Assembly: GCF_009914755.1 (NCBI RefSeq)
Contig: NC_060932.1
DNA length: 64,000 bases
From: the human T2T-CHM13v2.0 reference genome, Homo sapiens
Direction: 5' to 3' (one strand)
The translations under genes and the position numbers were made by a program. The notes beneath the pieces are model-generated. The model was not told the origin of the DNA. It saw only the letters and a program-made list of their open reading frames with translations, and did not search any database. Of this stretch, positions 1 through 13,487 are shown piece by piece. The number at the start of each line of letters is the position of its first letter. The first letter of the stretch is position 1.

Positions 1-21
1 AAATAGACTTATTCTAAATAA

Positions 22-365
<344 letters not shown>

Positions 366-385
366 TTTGTTCTTTGTAATAGAAT

Positions 386-698
386 TTCTTTTTTTCTTTT
401 TCTTTTTTTTTTTTTTTTTGAGATGGGAGTCTTACTCTGTCATCCAGGCTGCAGTGGCACGATCTTGGGGCTCACTGCAACCTCTGCCTCCTGGGTTCAA
501 GTGATTCTTCTGCCTCAGCCTCCCGAGTAGTTGGGATTACAGGTGCCCACCACCACACCCAGCTGCTTTTTTATTTATAGTAGAGATGGGGTTTTGGCAT
601 GTTGGCTAGGCTGGTCTAGAACTCCTGACCTTAGGTGATCCGCCTGCCTCGGCCTCCCAAAGTGCTGGGATTACAGGTGTGAGTCACCATGCCCGGCC
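386..698 (-). mobile_element. AluS-type SINE
   Basis: Full antisense Alu, poly-T tail, TSD TAGAATTTCTT. Confidence 0.95.
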
Positions 699-722
699 TT
701 TAGTAGAATTTCTTATGGTACC

Positions 723-960
723 TTTTTTTTACATTAAAAAAAAGTTTGTGGGTATATAGTAAGTGTACATATTTATGGGGCGCATGAGATGTTTTGATAC
801 AGGCATGTAATGTGCATTTATCCTTTGAGCTGCACATAACCAATTACATTCTTTAAGTTATTTTAAAATATACAATTAAGCTATTACTGAAACTAGTCAC
901 CCTATTGTGCTATCAAATAGTAGGTCTTATTATTCTTTCTATTTCTTTTGGTACCCATTT
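723..960 (-). mobile_element. L1 (L1MA/L1PB-like) 3' end fragment
   Basis: Typical antisense L1 3' UTR text (tatttatgggg..catgagatgttttgatacaggcatg, gtcaccctattgtgctatcaaatagtagg). Confidence 0.8.
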
Positions 961-1059
961 TATGGAATCCTTTTGTTAACCATAGCTGGTTGTGGTGGCC
1001 ATGAGAAGGAATCTTTTAGGTTTTCTACTTGCAGAGAGTGTGGTTGAACACGGTTCTAG

Positions 1060-1279
1060 ATGGCAAGTTCTGATATCTATCACTACGTGGATGCAGAGGA
1101 CACACTGCTCATGGCTGCTTCCAGAGAATGGTTGAATACAGCAGGTATCCTAAGATCTGTTCTTGGATGTCTCTAACAGGTCACTTTGGGTCTAGGACCC
1201 TCCATTACCCTTGCTGAAACTTTTTCAGAACATTCCGTAGTCTCCATACTCCAGCCATCCAACCTTCCTCCCCTCACAG
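1060..1279 (+). mobile_element. ERVL LTR fragment (LTR16-like)
   Basis: ccattacccttgctgaaactttttcagaac resembles recalled LTR16-family text. Confidence 0.4.
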
Positions 1280-2200
1280 AATGGGAGACCGTGTTGCATG
1301 GGACACTGCCCTTGACTGCTCCTGGTGGATTGACTACACTGGATCCCTGACCCCTCTGAGGGCTATCAGTGGTACTTCACCACTGTGGACACTCCTTCAG
1401 GCTACAGCGTTATTGTTCTAGTCTGATCAGCCAACTCCTGTCAGACCACTGTAGCCTGTGAAACTGATCCATGTCATGTGTCTGGTTTTCTGGACCATTT
1501 GCATTCTGACAATGAGGAGCGTTTTTTCAAAGGGGAGTCAACCGTGGCCTGATAATCAAGGTATTTGATGGAGTTTTTATGTGTTCCTGATATGGTTTGG
1601 ATGTTTGTCCCCTCCAAATCTTATGTTGACACGTAATCCCCGAAGTTGGAGGTAGGGTCTGGTGGGAAGTGTTTGGATCATGGGGGCAGATCCTTCATGA
1701 ATGGCTTGGTGCAATCCTTGCAGTAATGAGTGAGTTCTTGCTCCATGAGTTCATGCAAGATTTGAGTTTTTAAAAGGGCCTGGAGCTTCCTGCTATCTCT
1801 CTTGCTGTCTCTCACCATGTGATACATGGGCTCCCCCTTTGCCTTCGGCCATGTTTGTACGTTTCCTGAGTCCTCACCAGAAGCAGATGCTGATGCCATG
1901 CCTCTTATACAGCCTGCAGAACGACGAGCCAAATAAACCTCTTTTCTTTATAAATTACTCAGTTTCAGGTATTCTTTTGTAGCAACACAAATGGACCAGC
2001 ACAGTTCCTTACCATTCACAAGCTTCCTGTGTTGAGTATTGAAACTGCCTCCTCAAAAACTGACTGAAAAATATTTCTCACTCTACTCTCTCACCTTGTC
2101 CTGGTCCATGCACTGTAGTAAGGCAGTTTGGTCACTGAATTTGGTTGTCTTCAGAAAGGAATTATCTTCTCTTGGCTGCTTCCTTGGTAATGATCAGGAC
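1280..2200 (+). mobile_element. Decayed ERV pol/integrase core (ERVL/class III-like), split by an MST LTR
   Basis: Manual translation with frameshifts and stops: WWIDYTG..PSEGYQWYFTTVDT..LHSDN..[MST]..YHSQASCVEY*NCLLK..SWSMHCSKAVWSLN, i.e. the integrase D-D-E core. Confidence 0.8.
1588..2003 (+). mobile_element. MaLR solo LTR (MSTB-like)
   Basis: TGATATGGTTTGG...CA termini, AATAAA, 5-bp TSD GTTCC (1583-1587, 2004-2008). Confidence 0.9.
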
Positions 2201-2236
2201 AAAAGATATGAGAGTGATCATCAAGAAGTGTGAAGT

Positions 2237-2533
2237 GGCTGTGTGCGGTGGCTCACGCCTGTAATCCCGGCACTTTGAGAGGCCAAGGCGGGTGGATCAG
2301 CTGAGGTCAGGAGTTTGAACCCAGCCTGGCTAACAAGGCAAAACCCCATCTTTACCAAAAATACAAAAATTGGCTGGGTGTGGTGGTGCATACCTGTATT
2401 CCCACTTACTCAGGAGGCTGAGGCAGTATCGCTTGAACCTGGGAGGTGGAGCTTGCAGTGAACCAAGATCGCACCACTGCACTCCATCCTGGGTGACAGA
2501 GGGAGACTCTGTTGAAAAAAAAAAAAAAAAAAA
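2237..2533 (+). mobile_element. AluS-type SINE
   Basis: Full Alu with A tail. Confidence 0.95.
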
Positions 2534-2539
2534 GAGAAG

Positions 2540-2759
2540 CCCAGCCTGCACAACATGGTAAGACTCTATCTCTAGAAAAAATTAAAAAATTAGCTAGGCA
2601 TGGTGACATGCCAGGACACACTCCCAGCTACTTAGGAAGCTGAGGTGGGAGGATCACTTGAGCCTGGGAGGTTGAGGCTACAGTGAGCTATGATTGCACC
2701 TCTGCTCTGCAGCCTAGGTGACAGAGCAAGACCCTGGCTCAAAAAAAAAAAAAAAAAAA
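2540..2759 (+). mobile_element. AluJ-type SINE, 5' truncated
   Basis: End of left arm plus right arm (ggaggatcacttgagcctggg) and A tail. Confidence 0.9.
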
Positions 2760-3541
2760 GAAGAGGTATGAAAAATCTGAGGTTTTATCCTACTTGCAAG
2801 CTAACAAGTGAGCTTGCTATAGTTTCAGGGTGTTGGCAGAAAACATGAGACACTTGGCTCAGAGACAAAGGACTTTATGTCTCATGGAATAGCGGTAGTA
2901 GCCAGAGTTTAGCATATTTACACCAGTTCCCCAAGCCCAGTTCCCATGGGGTAATGTGATGGGGGGCAGATGAAATCTGAGCATTCATTAGGTTGTGTAC
3001 AAGAAAGGAATTCCGTTTAAGAATCCCAATTCTCCATTAGTGGGAAATGAGTGTGTCTGATCTTCGCTCTAGAATAAAACATTATTACACTGAAAATTTA
3101 ACAACACTGCCTTTGCTCTAGAGGGAGACATGATTATCCTCCAAGGCTGTTTGCCAGGCAAACATTCTGGAAAAAAGAGTCTAGAACATAGGGAGTCAGT
3201 GTCTTTGACCTTAAAATGTGCAGGGAGAAGCCCTGGGGGATGGTCTTGCAACAAACCTATTTTGAAAATTTGGGTTTCTGCTGTTATGAAAACTTGGGAC
3301 AATGCTCTCTTCTTTCCTCAAGTGGCAGTTCCAGGTTTGCTTTGTGGGGCACCCTCTGGGTAACAACCCAGCCAAAAGGGAACCCTAGGGAATTCAAACT
3401 TCATTCTGGTTAAGCCACCTAGATTTTCTTGTTGGATTAACATGGCCTTAGGTCCTAAAAATAGTGAACACATGTTTGAATAGACTGCTTACCAAGTCCT
3501 CCTATGGGGGTCTGCACAGGCCAAAGTGGGGAAATAAGTGT

Positions 3542-3910
3542 TGTTGTGAGTTGTACTGTGTTCCCCTATAATTCACATGTTGAAGCCCTAATCCCCAAAG
3601 TAACTGTGTTTGGAAATAGAATAGAGAGGTAATTAGGAGTCCTAATCCAATAAAACTGGTGTCCTTAAAAGAAGGGGAGCAGACACCAGATATCTCTCTC
3701 TCTCCACTCAAGCACAGAGGAAAGGCCATGTGAAGCACAGCAAGAAGCCACCACTTACAAGCCAGGAAGAGTGGTCTCATCAGAAAGCACCCATGGCACC
3801 TTGATCTTGGACCTCCAGCCACCAGAACTGTGAGAAATGAAATTTCTTTTGTGTAAGCCACTCACTCAGTCTGTGGCACTTTGTTATGGCAGCACAAGCA
3901 AACTAATAGA
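3542..3910 (+). mobile_element. MaLR solo LTR (MLT1A-like)
   Basis: MLT1 text (ggcaccttgatcttggacctccagc, agaactgtgagaaat); TSD AGTGT at 3537-3541 and 3911-3915. Confidence 0.85.
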
Positions 3911-4599
3911 AGTGTTCTCTGTCCATTTAATAAAAGTTCCTTGTTCCTCTTGTACTTGACCCTTCCAAAGAAAGGTCTTGGTATGGGTAAGGGAATAATT
4001 GGACAAAGGGTGACTTTATAGCTACTGAAATGGACAACAATGATTTTATGGTAGTAGAGGAAAAGGAACAACCCTGGCACTTGGAAAGGGAACCCCTTAG
4101 ACCTCAGGAGGTATAGGGGAGTGAGCAATATTAGTGATCTTTCTCTGCAGCCTTTCTCAAAAAGGAAAATCACCCACAGTAGCTCTCTTAAGCTGTTGCA
4201 AGTACCTGAAATTTAAGACTTCTAGGTCTGCCATCCTCCTCCAGATGACTTTCACTGTGATTTGATTGCCATTCCCTTACCCTTGCTGATAAATCTGCTG
4301 GAAGTAGCAAAGGGGGACTCTCCTTTGTCTCCTGCCTTCTCCACACCCATTCTCACAGCTGTGGCTCCGTCGTTCTGTGGGGTGAATGAACGCTCCTCCC
4401 CTGGTGTACTAGTCCTCGTACAGACAGGATAAGTGGATTGTCTGTCCTTTAGGCCGTCATTCCAAATCAAGGTCTAGACTCAATTATTTAAACTGAGCTA
4501 GGAACTCTAGGTGTATCAGCTGGCCAGGAGGCCACTAAGGCATTGTCAGTTTTTTTTCACACAGATCCCTCTGCACTCCATCCCTGCTGAATGATGTAG

Positions 4600-5597
4600 A
4601 CCTCATTTGTTGGCTGCAACAATTGCAAGCTCTCTTTCCAGGGGCAGCGTGTGCACCCTTGATATTTGCTTTTAGTCTGGAAGCCAGGTGTTAATTAGCC
4701 TTTCTCATGGGGACTTGTACCCCGGGGATGGCCATAACAGACCTTTGAGGGTTTGAGGAAACAGCACCAGGAGACCATGCAGCCTCAGATGATTGTGCAG
4801 AGTTCTCCAGAAGCAGCTGCTCTTGGTTCTGTGGCTTGTGTCTTGGAGGGATAGGATAACTGACTTGTTATTTATGTAAGTCCTATGGCAGTTTTTCTCT
4901 GTGAGGGGAAGCACCCAATGAGAAAAGGTGGTTTGGAATTCGCCACTTTTTTTAGCTGAAGTGATCACAGCTATGACATTCTCCCGCTAAAGCCATTTAA
5001 GTCAGTCTAAACCAACTGGCTAGGGTTGTTATGGTTGATGGGATTGCCCTAGACTTCCTCCTCCTGTACCTGGATTAATATCTAGGGCGAAGTTAAAAAA
5101 TCAATACAGAGGCTGGGTGCCTTGGCTCAGGCCTGTAATCCCAGCACTTTGGGAGGCTGAGGCAGGCGGATCACCTGATATCAGAAGTTGGAGACAAGCC
5201 TGGCCAACATGGTGAAACCCTGACTTTACTAAAAATACAAAAAAATTAGCTGGGCATGGTGGCAGGAGCCTGTAATCCCAGCTGCTGAGGCAGGAAAATC
5301 GCTTAAACGTGGCAGGCAGTGGCAGTGAGCCGAGATCGCACCACTGCCAGCCTGGGCGACAGAGCGAGACTCCGTGTCCAAAAAAAAAAAAATCAATACA
5401 GAAAGTGAAGGAGAAAGCCACCTGGATTTCTGAGGTAGACCTTGATGGGTTGTGAGGTGTTCTGCTGATTGGATACAGGACCCTGAGAGGCGTGGCTGAG
5501 GTCCGTACTGTAGGTTGGCCTATCCTGCTGCTTGGAGTCCTGTAGGCAGTAGCCTTAATTAAATGCCATATAAGACAAATTGGATGAGCTTAGCCAC
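4600..5597 (+). mobile_element. Decayed ERV env (SU C-terminus and TM subunit), Alu-interrupted
   Basis: Translation [30 protein letters not shown] (ISD-like), [27 protein letters not shown], then AWLRSVL..ILLLGVL*AVALIKC membrane anchor; 5' boundary approximate. Confidence 0.75.
5111..5392 (+). mobile_element. AluS-type SINE inserted in env
   Basis: 16-bp TSD AAAAAATCAATACAGA (5095-5110, 5387-5402). Confidence 0.95.
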
Positions 5598-5618
5598 AGA
5601 GTAGAAGTGAGGAGTGGA
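5598..5618 (+). other. Polypurine tract of the ERV
   Basis: AGAGTAGAAGTGAGGAGTGGA lies directly between the env tail and the LTR start. Confidence 0.65.
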
Positions 5619-6409
<791 letters not shown>

Positions 6410-6787
6410 GTAGATGAGTAGTAAATGACCATTAAGTATTCCATAAATCATGGATTGGAGAGAGGGAAGGAAACAATTAGTGCATATCTACAAGGACTTT
6501 CTTCTGTAACATAAAAAATTTTAAAACCCCTGGTCCTTATTGAGCATTTAACATATTTTTCTTAAATTTCCCAAAGTACTTGAAACAAGTACAGTAGGTG
6601 TTAGTTTGGTTAACACAGCCTGTTTGCCTGTGTTGTTTATATTTTCCCTCTACATCTTTCTATGTTCCCTATTATTTTTTTGTCTCCTTTATTTCTCAGC
6701 ACATGAACAGGCTCAAGGGTGATTGATACTTGCAGGAAGATTTTATTTTCACGCTAGAATAGCATTCATAAAAGAATAGGGCTCTGA

Positions 6788-7099
6788 GGCCGGGTGCGGT
6801 GACTCATGCCTGTGATCCCAGCACTTCGGGAGGCCGAGGTAGGCTGATCACCTGAGGTTGGGAGTTCGAGACCAGCCTGACCAACATGGAGAAACCCCGT
6901 CTCTACTAAAAATACAAAATTAGCCAGGCATGGTGGCAGGTGCCTGTAATCCCAGCTACTCAGGAGGCTGAGGCAGGAGAATCGCTTGAACCCAGGAGGT
7001 GGAGGTTGCGGTGAGCTGAGATCATGGTGAGTGGAGATTGTGCCATTGCACTCCAGCCTGGGCAACAAGAGTGAAACTCCGTCTCAAAAAAAAAAAAAA
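6788..7099 (+). mobile_element. AluS (Sp/Sq-like) SINE
   Basis: Full Alu; TSD GAATA(G/A)GGCTCTGA. Confidence 0.95.
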
Positions 7100-7588
7100 T
7101 GAATAAGGCTCTGAAACCCAATTGAGCCATGGTTAAACCAGGAAAAATGCAGATAGGGCCTCTGCTGAGGACTGAATTCCCTTTTAGAGTGTTTTATTTT
7201 ATTGTGGTAAATAAACATAACAAAAATTTATCATTTTGACCATTTTGGAGAATACGATTAATTCATTGATATTAAGTACATTCACAATGTTGTGCAGCCA
7301 TCACCACTATCTGTTTTCAGAAGTTTTTCATCACGTCAAACAGAAACTCTACCCATTACACAGTAACTCCTCATTCTCACCTCTCCCCAGGTCCCTAGTA
7401 ACCACCATTCTACTTTATGTCTCTATGAAGTTGCCTATTCTATATACCTCATACAAGTGGAATCACACCATATTTGTCTTTTTTTGTGTCTGCTTATTTC
7501 ACTTAGCATAATATTTTCAAGCGTTATCCATGTTGTAGCATGTATTGAAATTTCATTGCTGTCTGCCTTTTGGCTACTATGAATAATA

Positions 7589-8239
<651 letters not shown>

Positions 8240-8576
8240 GTGTACAAGTATCTGTTTCAGTCCCTGCTTTCAATGCTTTTGAGTATATATTGAGGAATGG
8301 AATTGCTGGATTATATAGTAATTTTATGTTTTGAATTTTAGAGGAACTGCCAAACTGTTTTCCATAGTAGCTGAACCATCTTACATTCCACCAGCAATGC
8401 ATGAGGGTTCCAATTTCTCCACATCATCACTAATGCTTGTTATTTTCATGAAAAATAAACAGCCATTCTAATTTGTGTGAAGTGGTACCTCACTGTGGTT
8501 TTGATTTGTATTTTCCAAATGACTAAGGCATGTATTTATTGGCCATTTGTTTATCTTCTAGAGAAATATTCATTTT

Positions 8577-9359
8577 CTTGGAAGAAAATCATCTCATTCT
8601 AATTGACTCACAAAGAATAAAATCGTAACAGCCAGTTTAAGGAGGCCACACAAACATTTGCCCAGCCCCAAATTCTACACCATCTTAATGAAATTCTACA
8701 CAGTTAGAACACCCTCTTCCATTTCAATTCTGAAGCAAGGAAGCTATAGATGACATACGAGAGGTTTAACTGGTGGTTATATTTTATACCTTCACTATCA
8801 ATTTTATTTTAATAGTGAATTAACTTGGTTAGGAGAGCTGATTTTCCATTTCTCCAATTTGAACTTCTTGATTAGGCCTATCTGTTTGCAAGTCTGCACT
8901 GTTTGAGAACCTCATTGAAAGCCCCACAGAGCTTGTTGGTGTCACCCTGGTTCTGGGCACACTCCAAAAACTGTTTGATCTCATGGAAACAAGGCTGCTG
9001 CTGCTGTGCTGGCCAGGTTCCCTGATGCTGCTGGTAAGTGATGTCAGGTTTTGCAGGCTCACCATTACTTCCTCCATTGAAGCTCCCAGTGAGGGCATAA
9101 CCCAGTGTGTGACCCACAGCAGAGCCTACAGCCACGCCAGCTGCAGTGGTTGCCATTTGGGCCATCAGACTTGGCTGCCGGGGTGCAGGAGCAGGAGAGC
9201 CAACTGCAGATGGGGGTGCCACTGCTGGTGGCTGAGCTGCTGGTGCTAGCCTGGGTGTAGCTCTCATCTGAGGTGCCTGGCTGGTGGGAGGGGCCCTGTA
9301 GGAGGTGTGGCTTCGGCTTCCACGTGGCATACTAGCTGCACGGCGGCTCAGTGTTTGGT
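8577..9359 (-). pseudogene. CHCHD2: CHCHD2 processed pseudogene/retrocopy (part of 5' UTR, CDS, 3' UTR)
   Basis: Intronless; protein and 3' UTR (GAAAATCAGCTCTC..., GGGCAAATGTTTGTGTGGCCTCCTTAAAC) match recalled CHCHD2 mRNA; TSD AATA(T/C)TCATTTT at 8565-8576 and 9360-9371; inserted in an L1. The symbol refers to the parent gene. Confidence 0.93.
8878..9330 (-). CDS. Open 150-aa CHCHD2-like ORF of the retrocopy (expression unknown)
   Basis: [52 protein letters not shown]; no frameshift or internal stop. Confidence 0.35.
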
Positions 9360-10245
9360 AATACTCATTTTTGAATTGAGTTGTTTGTTTTTGTCATTGA
9401 GTTTTAGGAGTTGTTTATTCTGGATACAAATCCCTTATCAGATATGTCATTTGCAAATATTTTCTGTCATTCTGTGGGTTGTTTTTTCACTCTGTTGATT
9501 GTGTCCTTTGATGCAAAAAGTTTTAAACTTTCATTAAAAGAATGGTTCTTTAATATTTACTTTTGTTGACTGTGTTGTTGGTGTCGTATCCAAGAAATGG
9601 TTGTCAAATCCAATCTCATGAAGATTTCCCCGTTTTTTCTGAGAGTTTATTGTTTTAGCTTTTAACTTTGGATCTTTGACTCATTTTGAGTTTAAAAAAG
9701 TATGATGTAAGGATCCAACTTTACTTGTTTGCATGTGAATAGTCAGTATTTCTAGCACCATTCGTTAAGGAGAATGTCCTTTCTCCATTAAGTGGTCTTA
9801 GTACCCTTGTTGAAGATCATTTGACCCCACATTTCTGGGATTATTTCTGGGCTTTCTGTTCTTTTCCATTGGTTTATATAGCTGTCCTTATGCCAGTATC
9901 ACTTTTTTTTTGAATACTGTAGCTTTGTAGTAAGTTTTGAAATTAGGAAATGTGAATCTTCCAATTTTGTTATTTTTCAAGATGTTTTGGTTATTTAGGA
10001 TCTCCTGAGATTTCCTATAACTTTTAGAATCAATTTTTCTATTTCTACAAAACATGCCATTGGTATTTTGACAGGAGTTTCACTGAATCTGTAGATTGTT
10101 TTGGGTGGTTTTGTCCTCTTCACAATATTAAGATAAAATGGAAATGTCTTTCCATTAATTTATCTTCTTTGATTTCTTTCAGTCATGTTTTGTAGTTTTC
10201 AGTGTACCAATCTTTTCCCTCCTTAGTTAAATCTATTCCTAAGTA

Positions 10246-10776
10246 CAGTTTACCCTTAAACAACATAGATTTGAGTTGCGAGGTTCATTTACACTCAGTT
10301 TTTGCAATAAAAGTTACACCAAGTGTGCCTGCCTCTCCTGCCTCCCCTTTCACCTCCTCTACCTTTTCTACCTCTGCTACCCCTGAGACAGCAAGATGAA
10401 TCCTTTCTCCTCCTCCTCCTCTTCAGCCTACTCAATGTGAAGATGACAAGGATGATGACTTTTATGATAATCCATTCCACTTAATGAATTGCAAATATAT
10501 TTTTTCTTCCTTATGATTTTATTTTGTTCTTATTCTTTCCCTCTTTTTGTAATTATCCAGACATTGTTGAGACTCCTTCTGATTTTTAAAATATCACTTT
10601 CTTTTCTCTATCTTACTTTATTCTAAGAATATAGTATATAATACATATAACATTAAATATGTATTAATTGACAGGTTGTTATCGGTAAGTTTTCCAGTCA
10701 ACTGTAGGCAATTAGTACTTAAGCTTTTGGGGAGTCAAATGTTGTATGTGGATTTTGACTATGCAGGAGGTCAACT
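10246..10776 (+). mobile_element. Tigger2a (MER28)-like DNA transposon relic
   Basis: TA-CAGTTTACCCTT start and GGTCAACT end; internal text matches recalled Tigger2a. Confidence 0.85.
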
Positions 10777-12000
10777 TATTCTTTTTGATATTATTGTAAA
10801 TTGAATGTTTTTCTTAATTTTCTTTTCAGACTATTCATTGCCAGTATATAGAAATGCAACCGATTTTTGTGTGTTGATTTCATATCCTGCAACATTGCTG
10901 AATTCATTAGCTCTAAAGTTTGTGTGTGTGCAGTCGCACAATCTTTGGGGTTTTCTACATAAAAGATCTTGCCCTCTGTGAACAGTGATAATTAATTATC
11001 CTTTTTCCTTTCCAATTTAGATTACTTTTGTTCTTTTTCTTGCCTAAATGCTCTGGCTAGAATTTCTAATCCTATGTTGAATTGAAATAGTGAAAGCAGG
11101 CAGCCTTGTCTTGTTAATGATTGTAGAGGAAAAGGTTTCATACTGTCTTTCCACCATTGAATGGTATTGGCACTCTTGTCAAAAATCAGTTGACCATATA
11201 TGCAAAGGTGTTTGGAGTATGATGTTAGCTGTGGATTTTTCATATATGACCTTTATCATTTTGAGGAAGTTTCCTTCTATTCCTAGTATATTGAGTGTTT
11301 TTATCGTGAAAGGTGGTTGAATTTTTGTCAGGTGTTTTTCTGCATCAGTTGAGTTGATCATGTGCTTTTCTCCCCTGAATTCTATTAATGTAGTGTACTA
11401 TATTGATTGATTTTTTTTTGTTGAAGCATTCTTTTTTCATTGTTCTTATTTCATTTTTTGCTTTTCTATTTTAAATTGATAGATAATTGTACATATTAAT
11501 GAGGTAAATTGTGATATTTTGATACACTTATACAATGTGTGATGATCAAATCGTAGTAATTAGTATATTCATCATCTCAAAAATTTCCTTTTTTTGGTGT
11601 TCGGAACATTCAAAATCTACTCTTCTGGATACTTGAAAATATACAATAAGTTTTTGTTAGTTTTCCTATAGTGTTACGGAACACTAGAACTTACTACTCC
11701 TATATAGCTGTACTTTTGTATTTATTAACTGACCTTTACTGTCTATCCTCTGCTCCCACCTACCATTCCCAGGCACTGGTGACTACTATTCTACTCTCTA
11801 CTTCTGTGAGATCAACTTTTTTTAGCTTTCACATATGAGTGAGAACATGCAGTACTTATCTTTCTATGCCTGGCTTATTTCACTTAATATTTTCCAAGCT
11901 CACTTATATAGCCGCTAATGACAGAATTTCATTCCTTTTTATGACTAAATAGTATTCCATTGTGTATACATATCACATTTTCTTTATGCATTCATCTGTT

Positions 12001-12863
<863 letters not shown>

Positions 12864-13085
12864 CTATCCATTCATCTGTTGATGGTACTTAGGTTGATTC
12901 CATATCTTGGCTGCATATCTTGTGAATAGTACTGAAGTAAACATGGGGGTACAGATATCTTTTTCACATACCTATTTCTTTTCCTTTGGATACATACCCA
13001 ACAGTGGGATTGCTAGGTCACATGGTAGTTCTATTTTTAGTTTTTTGAGAAACCTCCATACTGTTTTCCATAGTGGCTGTACTAA

Positions 13086-13487
<402 letters not shown>

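Larger units (their letters stand above)
2219..3253 (-). mobile_element. ERVL LTR (MER74/MER73/MER54 group), antisense, interrupted by two Alus
   Basis: Reverse complement aligns by eye with the LTR at 5619-6409 (gttctagact, ctct(a/g)gagcaaag, tttgtctctga, aagtagg.taaaa). Confidence 0.75.

Noticed and set aside
8829-9249. Overlapping ORFs 8829-9098 (-) and 8983-9249 (+)
   Set aside because: Alternative-frame and antisense shadows of the CHCHD2 retrocopy
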